Of a stretch of DNA of 64,000 bases, positions 40,303-54,765 are shown piece after piece. Within the stretch, counting starts at the first letter, position 1; the number at the start of each line of letters is the position of its first letter. The stretch is from the human T2T-CHM13v2.0 reference genome, Homo sapiens: assembly GCF_009914755.1 (NCBI RefSeq), contig NC_060936.1; one strand, given 5' to 3'. The notes under the pieces were generated by a model that saw nothing but the letters and a program-made list of their open reading frames with translations, was not told the origin of the DNA and did no database searches. The position numbers were made by a program, and so were the translations under genes.

Positions 40303-40563
40303 CAGCCTGGGCAGCATGGCAAAACCCCATCTCTACGACAAACACAAAAATTAGCTGGGCACGGTGGTGCACTCCTGTAGTCTCAGCTACTTGGGAAGCT
40401 GAGGTAGGAGGATCACTTGAGCCTGGAGGTTGAGGCTGCATTGAGCTGAAATCATGCCACTGCACTCCAGCCTGGGTGACAGGGTGAGTGAGGCCCTGTC
40501 TAAAAAAAAAAAAGAAAAAAAGAAAAAAAAAAACAACCCAAAAAACAAAAAACAAACAAAAAA
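40303..40563 (+). mobile_element. 5'-truncated AluJ with a long A-rich tail
   Basis: Starts mid left arm (cagcctgggcagcatgg); J-type right arm; A-rich tail of about 60 nt. Confidence 0.9.
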
Positions 40564-41753
40564 GATATAATTTAAATACTTAAAGTTTACAAGGCTTAGG
40601 TAGTCCCAAAATCTACATCGCTTCCAGAGATGTTTACATTGAAGCTAAGAGGTGTGAGCCATTTTAGGGATTTGAAACTTTATTCAGAATAACTTCTTGT
40701 CATTGAAAAGGACATTATTAGTTAAGTGCAAATGGTCAATATTTTTGAAATTGCCTATGAACAGTTCGAATTATCTGAGAAGCAGACCTCATTCTGGAGT
40801 TTCACATAGCATACAAACCCACATTACTGTTTCTTAAAAAAATTTTCTTAAAAAGATGATGAGTTGGGATAATTGTACCAGACATGGTAAACAGAACATA
40901 CTGTTCAATAGGTAGCAATGCCTCCAAAACATGTCTGTTCTTTCCTCTTTCACACACGCATGCATACAAACACACGTACACATACTCAGATATTTCCATT
41001 TGGTGCCTGCTTCCTGGGTAGAACCTCAAACATGGGAAGACAAAGGGAGTTTCTGAGATGCTGGTAGGTTATTTTCTTAGGAGCCATCGCTTCTTGGCTC
41101 AGATCAGATCAGATCTGCCCTTCTTAGCCTTTGTATTGCTTGGCCTCTTCTCATGATGGCAGTAGTAGACTTCGACCTTTCCAGAATAAGCATAGAACTG
41201 GACATTACTAAGCAAGTAATCTGATTTTGGTCTTGCCTTATGCATGACTACTTTTGACTTCCTAACTTTCAGTAGCCTGGCTCACATTTTTAGACTATTA
41301 ATTATTTTCTTAGAAGATTCTATATGTTCCTGGCTCTCAGATTAGCTCTATCCACTATCAGTACCTGAAATTAACAGGAGTATCTAAACTCTATGGTGCC
41401 TCATTGTGTACAATGCCTTGAATGGATCCAGTACGTATTTCACCATTATCTTAACTGCAATTATTATCAATGTGAATGTCATTATAACATATAGGGGTCT
41501 ACACCATCCTTGCCTTGAGCCAAGACTCAGAAACCATGCCTCCTTTTCAAGTCCAAATGACCCCCTAGCTAAGCCTTCTGCATTTGCAAACCAGGCTGCC
41601 ACTTGTTTACCATCTTGAATAAACAGATGCTTTAACTTCTGAAAAATTTCCAATAGACTGTATGTCCTTGTGCCTTTGGGATAATGTTTTTCAACTATTC
41701 TTGGCTCTTTCTTGCTTCTACCTCCTTTTACCTCCTTGCTTTTTTTCTTTAAG

Positions 41754-41933
41754 CATTAATCACTACCTGACATTATTTTATGTATTTATTTGTTTATTAT
41801 CTGTCTCCTTGAATAGACTGTAAGTTTCATGAGTTCAAAGTCCTTGCCCTTTTTGTACCCCTCTGATACCTAGTACTGAGAATAGTGACATAATAGGTAC
41901 TTACGAAATATTTGCTGAATGGATGAATGAATG
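41754..41933 (+). mobile_element. L2 3' end
   Basis: gactgtaagtttcatgag...aaatatttgctgaatggatgaatgaatga. Confidence 0.8.
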
Positions 41934-42099
41934 ATTTTTGTAACCTTAGACAAGTTACTTCTCTTTTTGAAGCTTCCCTCCTGTTGTGTGCAAAATGAGG
42001 ATGTTAGACTAAATTAGATGATTTCTAAGAACAACTTACATTTTATGGTTGGAGTTCAGAATACAGGTAGCTAAGGCCAGTCAGGACAGTAATGGGGAG

Positions 42100-42380
42100 C
42101 AGCAGACAGTTGCAGAGAGCAAGTGATCTGGGTGCTATCCTGCACTGGGGGAGGGTCAGGGAAAGGATCTTCTAAGGAGAAGGGAGTACACCATGTGCAC
42201 ATCCAGGAAAAGAGAAGTTTTTCAGGCAGAGGGAACTGCAAATGCCAATGGGCTAAGACAGAAGTGTGTTTGGTGTGCTCAAGACAAGGCAAAGAGGAAG
42301 GCGTAGCTCAAGTACAGTGAAAAGGGGAGAGAGAGTTGGAAATAAGGTCAGGAAGGCAGCCAGTGGCCAGATCATGTGGG
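42100..42380 (-). mobile_element. L2 fragment
   Basis: caggcagagggaactgcaaatgc...ggccagatcatgtggg. Confidence 0.7.
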
Positions 42381-42750
42381 ATGTATGTGTATGTGTGCTG
42401 GGTATGAAAGGGAATGTATGTGTGGTATGGTATGTGTAGTGCATGTGTGGCAAAGTCTTGTGCTTGTGTGGTGTATGTGCATATAGTATGTATATGTGTG
42501 CTGTATGGTATTTTGTGTACATGGGTTTGATGTGAGAGATATGTGTGCATATGCTATGGTGTGTGTGCTATGATGTGGCATGTGTATAGCGTATTTTTCT
42601 GTGCTTGGTGGAGAGTAGAGTGTATATATGCAGTATGGTATGTGTGTATGTATCTGTGTGGTGTGGCAGGTGTATAGTATATAGTGTGTACATGTGTGTT
42701 TCGTGTGAGTAGGGTATAAAATATTAGATGATGTGTGTGTGTGGTATATA
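42381..42750. repeat. Degenerate (TG/TA)n low-complexity tract
   Basis: About 370 bp rich in tg/ta; it produces the spurious His/Thr-rich ORFs. Confidence 0.9.
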
Positions 42751-43954
42751 TTGAAGTTACTACTCATGTTACAACAAAAGCTGATTAAAACTCATCCTGC
42801 CAGGGTGATTGAAAACTCCAGCTTGAAAATAAAATAAGCATTCTATTTTTTGGTGCTTCCTTCTGAACAAGCTTCTCCAGGATTAAAAGACTACCTTGCA
42901 TATGTTACTGCACATTAATGAGGAATTTTGCTTATCAAATAATCTAGATTTTTAATAATGGGTTGATGCTTTCTGAAAAAGAACATTGTTTTGCTTTTGC
43001 TACATCATCCTGATCACTGAAATCTAATCTTTTTCAACTTTGTAAATATATAATGCAGCAAAGCACAGATTCTAAAATAAATCCATAATTTAAATAAGTA
43101 CAGAGTTTTAAGATTCATTTGTTTATAGTTTTGATGTAAAATGTGGGTTTGAAAACCCAGGGATTCTTGACCTATATTATCTAGATTTTTATGCCCCTGG
43201 CATCTTGAGCTGCCAAGAAATACATATATCAAAGTGTCAGGGACAGCAAAATATGTTGTCACTTTTAACTCTGTTTTATTAATTAATGTTTGTACCTAAA
43301 ACCTCTCTCCTCATTCGATCAACGGAATGAGATGATATACTGTCTCCATTTTGACCCACATAGAAAACACAACCAAGATTGAAATACTAATGATTTGCTT
43401 CACTATTGAGAATTCAGTTATCTCAGAAGACAGTGAAAATGCTTCATGTCTTGACAAAAGATATGACAGAATTTTCCTTTAATCATAATTGTAGTGGCTG
43501 CATGCAAAAAAAGAAAATATATCCAAAATACAATGAATAAGCAGGGAAAGAGTGCAAAGGAAGTGAATCTCCCTTCTCTATTTAATATAGTTGACTAATT
43601 TGTCCCCATGTGTACCAAGATATGTTTACCTGCTGAATACCCTGAGCAAAACAAAACAAAACCTTCTTAGGTAAGATGAGTGTATTCACTGAAGTGGCCT
43701 TCAACTAGGGATCATTTCTAAAACATTCTTGGTACTTTCAGCTGACAGACTACATGCCTCTAAGCTGTTTCATACTTAAGAGACTGAATTCACTGGAGGT
43801 ACTTAAAAGGATGAGACTGTATAATGGTTGATCATTTCAGCTGTGCAAGCAGCAGACCATGATTTGAGTCCTGGCTTTGCTCTTTACTAGGTATAGAGCC
43901 TTGAGAAGTCCGCTTAATTTGCTCCTCACTAAGTGTCTGTTTAAGATATAACAA

Positions 43955-46693
43955 GGAGGAAAAAGTGATGGAATAGGAGGTCCCTTGATCATATTTCCCC
44001 ACAGCAACAAGAACTTGGTAGCCATCCATGGACAAAAGTGCCTTTGTGGGAGCTGTGGACCCCAGGTTGCAAAACCCAAGCACAGCCTAAGACCAAAGAT
44101 GGCTCCTTTGAAAGGGCAGACTCACAGCTAGGTGGTAGGCTCACCAACTGTGGTCCTGTGACAGTATCAGAAACATTCTGTTCCTCTGTGGACTCAGCTA
44201 CAGCCCCATTTGGCTTTGATCCTGCCACCAGAGCCATCTATCAAGGGACCTGGGAGGACTCACACCCACCTGTGCTTCAGGCAACAGGCCTGCTGACCAC
44301 AATCCTGGCTGTGGATCCTGAAGCAGCTTGGGACCCAGCTCCAAGCTCTCTTGGCCATGGTCTGAGAGAAGTCCTGCTCACACAGGAACCTGCTGGGAAA
44401 CATGCCCATCCATGCCTTGAGAGGCCCATCTGCTTACCTACATTCCACAGCATACCTTCAAAGAGCCCTGTAACTTGACTCCAGGCCCTCTAAGCTGCAA
44501 CCTGGCTGCAGTCCTCCCATCCCAGGGATGTACCAGAAGACATGCCCCTTTATGTCACTAGAGGCAGACTCACTGGCCTAAGTTCAGCTGCAGATCTTGA
44601 AGCAGCCCTGTGACCCAGCTTCAGCACCACTCAGCTGCAGTCCCAGGGCAGTCCTTCCCACCAAAGGACCCAGGAGGAGGCACCTTCATCCATGACCCAG
44701 GAGGCAGTCCTTGAGCTTGTGTGTGGACCCTGAAGCAGTCCTGTGACTCAGTTTTAGTCCCTCTCTTCTGCCCAGTGAACCAGTGGGAACCCTTGCAGAG
44801 ACCCTCAGGGAACTACACCCATCCATGCATCTGGCAACAAGCCTGCCAGCTGTAGACCAAGCTTCGAACCCTGAAGTGGACCCTTGTCCCAGAACCAGGC
44901 CTACTGACCAAAAACTTAGAGACAGTTGATTTCACTCAAGGACCAGAGAGGATCCGTGCTCACTTGAGCCTCTGGTAACAGGCCCACCAACTGCAGACCT
45001 CACACTGGACCCAGCAGCAGTCACATTGCCCAACTCCAACCCCACTCAACTGCAATCCTGGTGGCAATTCCATCAGCCCATGGACCTAACAAGAGGTCTT
45101 TACCTGCTGAAATCAATCTATAAATACTGGAAAAGGTGTTTGCTCCTTCAAATGCACAGACACCAATGCAAAGCTACACAAATCATGAAGAATCAGGCAA
45201 ACATGACACCAAAGGAAACTAATAAAGCTCCAGTAACCAACCCCCAAGAATTGGATATCTATGAATTGCCTGACAAATTATTCAAAATTATTATCTTAAA
45301 AAAGCTCAATGAGATGCAAGAGAACACAAACAAATGCAATCATGGAAACAATCCATAAACAAAATGAGAAGTGTAATAAAGAAATAAAAAACATAGAAAA
45401 GAACCAAACAAAATCTTAGAGCTGAGGAATATAATGACAGAATGAAAAAAAATCAGTAGAGAGCTTCAACAACAGACTTGATCGCGCAGAAGAAAAAAAT
45501 CAGCAAATCAAAAACAGATTATTTGAAATTAGCCAATTAGAGGAACCAAAACAAAAGAAGAAATTAAAAGAATTAAGAAATCATAATAAAGAAGCCATGC
45601 AATACTATCAAGCAAATGAATTTACAAATTATGGTAACAGAAGAAGAGAGAGAGAAAGAGGCAAAAAACTAATTTTAAGAAATTCATACACAAATCAATA
45701 CATGTGATACATGATGTTAACAAAAATAAAAATAAAAACTGTATGATCATTTCAATAGAAGCAGAAATGCATTGACAAAATTCAACATCCTTTATGATGA
45801 AACTCTCAACTTATTAGGTATAGAAACAATTTACCTCAACATAATAGAGGTCATATATGATAAGCCCACAGCTAACATCATACCCAGCTGTGAAACACTG
45901 AAAGCTTTACCTCTAAGATCAGGAACAAGGCAAGGATGGACACCCATCCTTGCCAATTCTATTCAGTATAGTATTGGAAGTCCTAGCCAGAGCAGTTAGG
46001 CAAGAAAAAGAAATAAAATGCATCTAAATTGGAATGGTAAAAGGTAAGTTGTTTCTGTTTACAGATGACATGATCTTGTACGTAGCCAGTCCTAAAGACT
46101 TGACCAACAAACTATTACAACTAATAAATGAATTTAGTAAAGTTACAAGATACAAAATTAACATACAAAACTCAGCTGTGTTACTATACATGAATGACAA
46201 GCTTACATGAATAAAAAACTATTCATAAAAGAAACTTAGAAAACAATTCCATTTATAATAGCATCAAAAATTAAAATATTTAGGAATAAATTTAACCAAG
46301 GAGATGAAAGATCTGTACACAGAAAACTATAAGACATTGATGAAAGAAATAAGGAAGACACAAGTAAATGGAAAGATATCCCATGGTCATGGAATCAGAA
46401 AAATCATATTGCCAAAATTTCCATTTTATTTGAAGCAAGCTACAAGCTCAGTGTAATCCCTATCAAAATTCCCATGGCATTTTTCACTGAAAAAGAAAAA
46501 CCGTAAAATTTACTTGTAAACACAAAAGACCCTGAATAGTTAAAACAATCTTGAACAGGAAGAACAAAGCTAGAGGATCATACTTCTTGACTTCAAATTA
46601 TGTTACAAAGCTATAGTAAGCAAAATAGTATGGTACTGGTGTAAAAATAGACACATAGATAAACAAAACAGAATAGAGAGCCCAGAAATAAAC
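43955..46693 (+). mobile_element. Old L1M with 5'UTR and partial ORF1 joined to mid-ORF2
   Basis: GC-rich 5'UTR with repeated subunits (about 44100-45060); ORF1-like peptide ELDIYELPDKLFKIIILKKLNEMQENT; RT-region peptide IYDKPTANII...PLRSGTRQG after about 45685. Confidence 0.85.
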
Positions 46694-47325
46694 TTTACTA
46701 GGCATTACTCTAGTGGAAACTCTCTGTGGCAGCTCTGACCCTACATTTCCATTTAGCATTGCCCTAGTTGGGGCTCTCTGTAGTTACTCCACCCCTGCAA
46801 AAAATTTTTATCAGGGACCCCAGGCTGTTTATGACATCCTTTGAAATCTAGGTGAAAGAAACCATGCCCCCACAGCTCTTGCATTTCTCATGCCTAAAGA
46901 ACTAGCACCACATGAATGCCACCAGGGTTTATGGCTTATACCTTGTAGAGTGGTGGGTTGAGCCACACCTGGTCCCACTGTGCCTTAGCCACAGCTAAGA
47001 CAGCCGAGGAGCAATGCACTGAAATGTGGGAAGGAGAAATCTAGGAGGCTCTGGATAGTGAGCCCACAGAGGGTTCTCAGGATCATCCTTTGAAACTATC
47101 CTGCCCTCCTAGAGCTCTGGTCCTGTAACAGGAGGGACGGCCTCAAGGATCTCTAAATGACTTTGAGGTCATTCTCCTATTGTCTTGATGATTCTTTCTG
47201 TCCATACTAATCTCCTTAACAGTATCTTGGTCACACACTTGGTTTGCTCTCCTGAATAGGCTTTTTTATTCTTTACATGGCCAGGTTGAAAATTTTCAAA
47301 ATTTTTCCATTCTGCTTCTCCTTTA

Positions 47326-49662
47326 TAGTCATACATTGCATTTCTAAAAAGGGCATTGTCAGGCAATTTTGTCATCATCTGAATATCACAGAGTGTACTT
47401 ACACAAACCTACATGGTATGGCCTACTACACAGCTAGGCTATGTGATGGACCCAAGGGAACACAATGGTAACTATTTGTGTATCTAAACATATCTAAATA
47501 TAAAAGAGGTACAGTGAAAATATGGTATTATCATCCTACAGGACCACCAACAGCAAACTTAATCAACAAACGTTGTGTGTGTTCTGTCTGCTCCACTGAG
47601 TGGCCATTCCCCTGTCTCAAAATCCCTTGGGCCTTCCTATTCCCTGAGACATAACAATATTGAAATTAGGTCAATTAATAATTCTACAATGGTCTCTAAG
47701 TGAAAGAAAAAGTCACAATTCTCTTACTTCAAAACAAAAGCTAGGAATGATTAAGCTTACTGAGGAACCCATGTCAAAAGCTGAGATAGGCTGCAAGGCC
47801 TCTTGTGCCAAATAGTTAACCAGGTTGTAAATGCAAAAGAAAAATTCTTGAAGCAAATTAAAAGTGCTACTTCAGTGAACATACAAACGATAAGAAAGCA
47901 AAACAGCCTTATTGCTGATATGGAAAATATTTTAGAGGTCTGGATAGATGATCAAACCAACCACAGCATTCCCTCAAGCCAAAGCCTAATCCAGAACAAG
48001 ACCCTAAATTTCTTTAATTCTATGAAGACTGAAAAAGGTGAGGAAGCTGCAGAAGAAAAGGTTGAAGCCAGCAGAGAGATTGGTTCATGAGGTTTAAGGA
48101 AAGAAGCCGTTTCCATTACATAAAAGTGCAAGGTGAAGCAACAAGTGCTGATGTAGAAGCTGCAGGATGTTATTTAGAAGATCTTGCTAAGATAATGGAT
48201 GAGGGCAGCTACACTAAACAAGATTTTCAGTGTAGACAAAACAGCCGCTATTGGAAGAAAATCCCGTCTAGGACTTGCATAGCTAGAGAGAAGTCAGTGC
48301 CTAACTTCAAAGCTTCAAAGGACAGGCTGCCTTTTTAGGTACCGATGCAACTGGTGACTTTAAGTTGAAGCTAATGCCCATTTAGCATTCTGAAAATCCT
48401 AGGGCTCTTAGGAATAATGCTAAATTAACTCTGCCTGTGCTGTAGAAATGGAACAAACCCTGGATAACAACATATCTATTTACAACAAGGTTTACTGAAT
48501 ATTTTCAAGTCCACTATTGAGACCTATTACTCAGAAATATAAATTCCTTTTACAATATTACTGCTTATTGACAATTCACCTACTCACTCAAAAGCTCTGA
48601 TGGAGATGTGCAAGGAGATAAATGTTGTTTCATGCCTGCTAATACAACATTCATTCTGCAGCCCATGGATCAAGGAGTAATTTCAACTTTCAAGTCTTGT
48701 CATTTAAGAAATACTTTTCATAAGGCTACAGCTGCTATAGACAGTGATTCCTCTGATTGATCTGGGCAAAGAAAATTGAAAACTTTCTGGAAAAAACTTA
48801 CCATTCTAGATGGTAGTGAGAACATTCATGATTCATAGGAGGAAGTCAAAATATCAACATTAAGAGAGTTTGGAAGAAGTTGATTCCAGTTCTCATGGGT
48901 GACTTTAAGGATTCAAGACTTCAGTGGAGGAAGTAACTGCAGATGTAGCGCAAATAGCAATGCAACTAGAAATAGAAGCGGAGACTGAAGATGTGATTGA
49001 TTGCTGCAATCTCATGATAAAACTTGAACAAATGAGGAGTTGCTTCTTATGGATAACCAAAGAAAGTGGTTTCTTGAGATGGAATCTACTCCTGGTGAAG
49101 ATGCTGTGAACGTTGTTGAAATGACAACAAAGGATTTAGAATATTTAATAAACTTAGTTGATAAAGCAGTGGCAGGGTTTGAGGGGATTGACTCCAATTT
49201 TGAAATAAGTCCTACTGTGGGTAAAATGCTATCAAACAGCATCGCATGCTACAGAAAAAAATCTTTCATGAAAGGAAGAGTTAATTGATGAGTCAAATTT
49301 CATTTTTGTCTTATTTTAAGAAATTGCCACAACCACCCCAATCTTCAACAACTACCACCCTGATCAGATTGAGGCAAGACCCTATACCGGCAAAAAGATT
49401 ACAGCTTGCCAATGGCTCAGATGATTATTAGCATTTTTAGCAATAAAGTATTTTTAATTAAGGTATGTACTTTTTTTTAGATACAATGATATTGCACACT
49501 TAATAAAGTATAGTGTAAACATAACTTTTGCATGTGCTGGGAAACCCAAAAATTCATACGATTTACTTTATTGTGATATTTGCTTTATTGCAGTGGTCAG
49601 AAACCAAAGCCACAATACTTCTCAGATATGCCTGTATGTGATTGTTGATTAAAACATGACTG
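47326..49662. mobile_element. Tigger3 (GOLEM)-type element hosting Tigger1
   Basis: TA-flanked TIRs (t)agtcat ... atgactg; Tigger3-like body at 47326-47550 and 49637-49662. Confidence 0.7.
47550..49634 (+). mobile_element. Tigger1 DNA transposon, degenerate transposase
   Basis: Pogo/TIGD1-like peptides ([57 protein letters not shown]); 3' TIR ...atatgcctg|TA; 5' TIR missing. Confidence 0.93.
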
Positions 49663-49724
49663 TAATTATAAATTCCATCTCTGAGTCATTTCTTTCCTCT
49701 TGCATCTTACTGTATGCAGTTTAA

Positions 49725-50111
<387 letters not shown>

Positions 50112-50261
50112 TCATTGCTCTTAAATGTCACCTTCCATAAAGCCCTCAGCCATAAACACAATTCGGCCCTATTCTTTGCAGTTGTATAACAAGCATGGGC
50201 TTTACTTCAGTTTCCAATTCCTTGTTCCTCAATTCCATCTGAGATCTCCTCAGAATGGCTT

Positions 50262-50515
50262 TTACCATCCATATTTCCATTGATGTCTGTTTACCATCCA
50301 TATTCTATTTCTACTGATATCTATTTACTCTCCATATTTCTATTGATATCTATTTACCATCCATATTTTATTTCTATTTGTCTATCCATATTCTATTTAC
50401 CGTCCATATTCTATCTGTCTACCATCCATGTTCTATTTCTATTGATATCTATTTACTATTTACTGTCAGTATTTCCACTGATATTTATTTACCCATCCAT
50501 ATTTCTATTGATAAT
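50262..50515. repeat. Degenerate minisatellite (tttaccatccatatttctattgatatcta-like units)
   Basis: Repeated accatccata / tttctattgata motifs inside the MaLR. Confidence 0.8.
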
Positions 50516-52737
50516 CTGATCACTTAAGTAATCCCTGAGAACATCTAGGCTCTCCCTAGTTCTGGAGTCTTCTAAGCCCTCACCAGAATTGCCCTTAATG
50601 CTTTATTCATGCCAAACTAGGCTTTTTCTGGCCTGCCCTTCCAAATTCTTACAGCCTGTACTCATTATCCAGTTCCAAAACCACGTCCATGTTATCCATT
50701 ATTTGTTATAATAACAGCCCCACTTCTGGATACCAATTTTCTTCATTCCTTTTGTGTTGCTATAACAGAATACCACAGGCCCAGTAATTTATAAATAAAG
50801 GAAATTTATTTCTCATAGTTCTGGAGGCTGGAGAGTTTGATGTTAAGGTGCTGGCATGTTGTGAAAGCCTTCATGCTATGCCATCGCATGGTGGAAGGCA
50901 GAAGAGCAAATGAGGGCAAGAGCAACAAACAGACGGGACCAAACTCACTTTTATAACAACCCATTTTCACAATAATGAACCACTTCCACAATAATGACAT
51001 TAACCTATTCATGAGGGAGCCTTCATGGCCTAATAACCTTTTAATGGTCCCATTTCTTAATACCATCCCAATGATAATTAAATTTTATTATGATTTTAGA
51101 GGGGACATTAAATCCACAGCAGTTAGTACAATCAAATTATGACACTCAGAAATGAGAATGGGACCAGCTATTCCTAATGCCCATGGTTTCTTGGAAAAGT
51201 GTGGATACTAGAAAAAAATTTAGAATTCTGTTAGAAGAGAGTGAGTAGGGGCTAGCTATAGGGCAGGAAACCAAAGGTATCTGCTATAGCAAATTTACAG
51301 GCAGAGTAGCACAACATAAGCAGCAATTCACCACAGCCCCTGAAACTCCCAGTCTTAATGGGGGATCCAGGGTTTATTTGTGTTGCTTCAGTTTTCTGGA
51401 GTTAAATGACTCCTAGGAGAAAAAAACAAAGGCCCAGAGAGCCATGTTTGATGTTCATACAGACTTTATTTTTCAATACTTTGTCCAGTTGTTCACCACA
51501 AAGGAAAGCCTTCTACTCTAGGAAGGAAATGCACCCTTAGTTTTACAAATTTATTCATCATTAATTCAGATGTGACTACTCTATCCTCCAGATTTTGGTG
51601 CAGCTGACTAGAGTGTCTTAAATTGTTTGAGTATCTCTGTTACCAGAGGGATCACAGCTGTTTTCAACATTTGTCACTCTTAAAAATCTTTTCTGTATTT
51701 CATGGGATTTTACAAAATTAGCACCTTCTGTCCCGTTTTTTTCTCCTTCCCCATCCCCATTTCATTTTCCACTGTCCTCATTCCTTTAGGCTTGGTAACA
51801 TTCTAAGGGAAATGGCACCGCTGAGAATCTTCCCCAGAAAACTCAGTGGAGGATACCATTAGCCTAACAATCCCTTTGGCTATTTCCAGTCTTTTCAATT
51901 TACAGAAATAAATCTGTGCTCTCAACGAATGGAAACAGCTTTATAGCTATTATTTCTCAGTTTAGACATCACTCAATTACTTTCATAAATTTGGTATTTT
52001 GTATCTAGCTTCCAAATACTCTAACCCAGAGCTGACAATACACTTCACTCACCTTAAGTGCTTTCCCTCCAGAGTTATCCCCGCTTCATTGTGTTTAAAC
52101 TACAGGAAGAAACATTGACATCCTCACCCCAATTATGGCTCCATTCTCTCTCCCTTTGTCAAATTCCCTGAGAAGCAGCGCAATAGTTGCCTCACACTTT
52201 CTGCTACCTGTTATTAGTTCCTTATTCTGCCTCTCCCTGTTAAGTGATTTGAGATAACTGTCTTTTTCAGACTGGCTTACACATTAGTAAATGGCCTACC
52301 TATAGGTGCACTTATGTTTCAGGGTAACTTTTTCAGACAGATCCTTTAAAAGTTGACTCTGGAGCCCGTCAACCTGAAGAGTGAAGAGTTAGGAGGAGTA
52401 TCACAATCATTTTATGGCAAAGATTTATGCTTTAACGTGTGAGCTCTTTGTTTTAATAGCTTTTTCTTTTTCTCTGATCACAAAAATAATACTTATTCAT
52501 TGTGGAGAATTTAGGAGAAAACATGTTTCATTTATATAAGGACAGGCAGCTGTTAGAAGAGATGCAGAGGAGTATATTGAAGGCAAACATTCTAATGAAT
52601 AGACTAAATCACATTCTGTACTCACACAGTTACAGTAATATGGATTCAGGGCAGAAATACAGATTGCCAGTCCTTATGCTGGCAGTTTATCAATTGACAC
52701 TTATTATCAACAGCTAAAACATCTTAAGATATTTCTT

Positions 52738-52764
52738 TTTTTAACCCATCCCCTCAAGCATTTA
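52738..52764 (-). mobile_element. 27-nt TSD-flanked micro-insertion resembling L1MA/L1PB 3'UTR
   Basis: TSD taagatatttctt at 52725-52737 and 52765-52777; the insert reads taaatgcttgaggggatgggttaaaaa on the minus strand. Confidence 0.6.
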
Positions 52765-52807
52765 TAAGATATTTCTTAATGAAATATGAATTAGATTAAG
52801 TCAACAA

Positions 52808-52942
52808 ATGTTTGGTATTAATTAGCTTGATTGTAATAATAATTTCACAATATACCTATGTATCAAATCATCATATTGTACATCTTAAATGTGTACTATT
52901 TTTATTTGTCAATCATATTTTAACAAAGTTGGAGGGGAAAAA
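52808..52942 (+). mobile_element. L1M 3' end fragment
   Basis: attagcttgattgt...tcaaatcatcatattgtacatcttaaat...aaagttggaggggaaaa. Confidence 0.75.
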
Positions 52943-52944
52943 TG

Positions 52945-53730
<786 letters not shown>

Positions 53731-53851
53731 TTTTAAATTAATATAAATGGTAACAAGCGAACAATTACAAATGAACAACATGACATAAAGGGAACACAGA
53801 GGAAAAGAACTAACATAAGTAACTTTGGAAAATAGTATTTTGACTGTATAC

Positions 53852-54765
53852 TGTATTTTATTCTGAGTTCCCCAGAAAAGCAAAACCAATAGGATATTAT
53901 TTTATATATATATACTCTATATATAATATACACACACACACACACACATACACATATATTTATAAATATACAGTCATAGGCTGCATAACAACATTTTAGT
54001 CAATGATGGACTGTATATACAACAGTGATCCCATAAGATTAAATTGTATTTTACTGTACCTTTTCTACATTTAAATATATTTAGATACGAAAGTACTTTA
54101 CCATTGTATTACACTTGCCTACAGTATTCAGAATAGTAACATGCTGTACAGGTTTGCAGCCTAGGAGCAAAAGGCTATACCATATAGCCTAGGTGTGTGG
54201 TAGGCTATAACGTCTAGATTGTGTATGTGCAGTCTACAATGTTCACACTAAGACAAAATCACCTAATGACACATTTCTCAAAGCTTATCCTGTCATCAAG
54301 CAATGTGTGACTGTATATATAAAGAGATCTATTATAACGAGTTAGCTCATGTGGTTATGGAGGCCAGGAAGTTCCAAGATTTACCACTGACAAGCTGGAG
54401 TCTCAGGAGAGCCAATGGTATAATTCCTGTCTGAGTTTGAAGGCCTGAGAAGCAGGAAAGCTGATGGTGTAAATTCCAGTCTAAATTCGAATCTGAAGGC
54501 CAGAGAGGACCAAGGTCCCAGCTAGAGGACCATCACATAGAGAGAAAGAATTCTTTCCTACTTAGTCTTTTATTCTATTCAGGCCTTCACCCAAATGAGA
54601 TGAGACCCACCCACACTGAAGAGGGTTATCTACTTCACTCAGTCTGGCCACTCAAATGTTAATCCCACCCAGAAACAGTCTTACAGACACACGGGAAGTA
54701 AGGCTTAATTGAATATCTGGGCACCCTGTGGCCCAGTCAAGTTGACACATAAAATCAACATCATA
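53852..54765 (-). mobile_element. MLT2 (ERVL) LTR containing TA/CA repeats and a nested Tigger3a
   Basis: cagaaaagcaaaaccaatagg...gctcatgtggttatggagg...gcccagtcaagttgacacataaaatcaacatca. Confidence 0.85.
53971..54313. mobile_element. Tigger3a-like MITE
   Basis: TA|cagtca...tgactg|TA terminal inverted repeats. Confidence 0.85.

Noticed and set aside
42253-42767. His/Thr/Tyr-rich ORFs
   Set aside because: Translation of a TG-rich low-complexity tract.
44038-44478. 146-aa ORF in GC-rich DNA
   Set aside because: Lies in an L1 5'UTR; a chance open frame.
47803-49288. TIGD1-like ORFs
   Set aside because: Tigger1 transposase broken by stops and frameshifts; not a domesticated gene.
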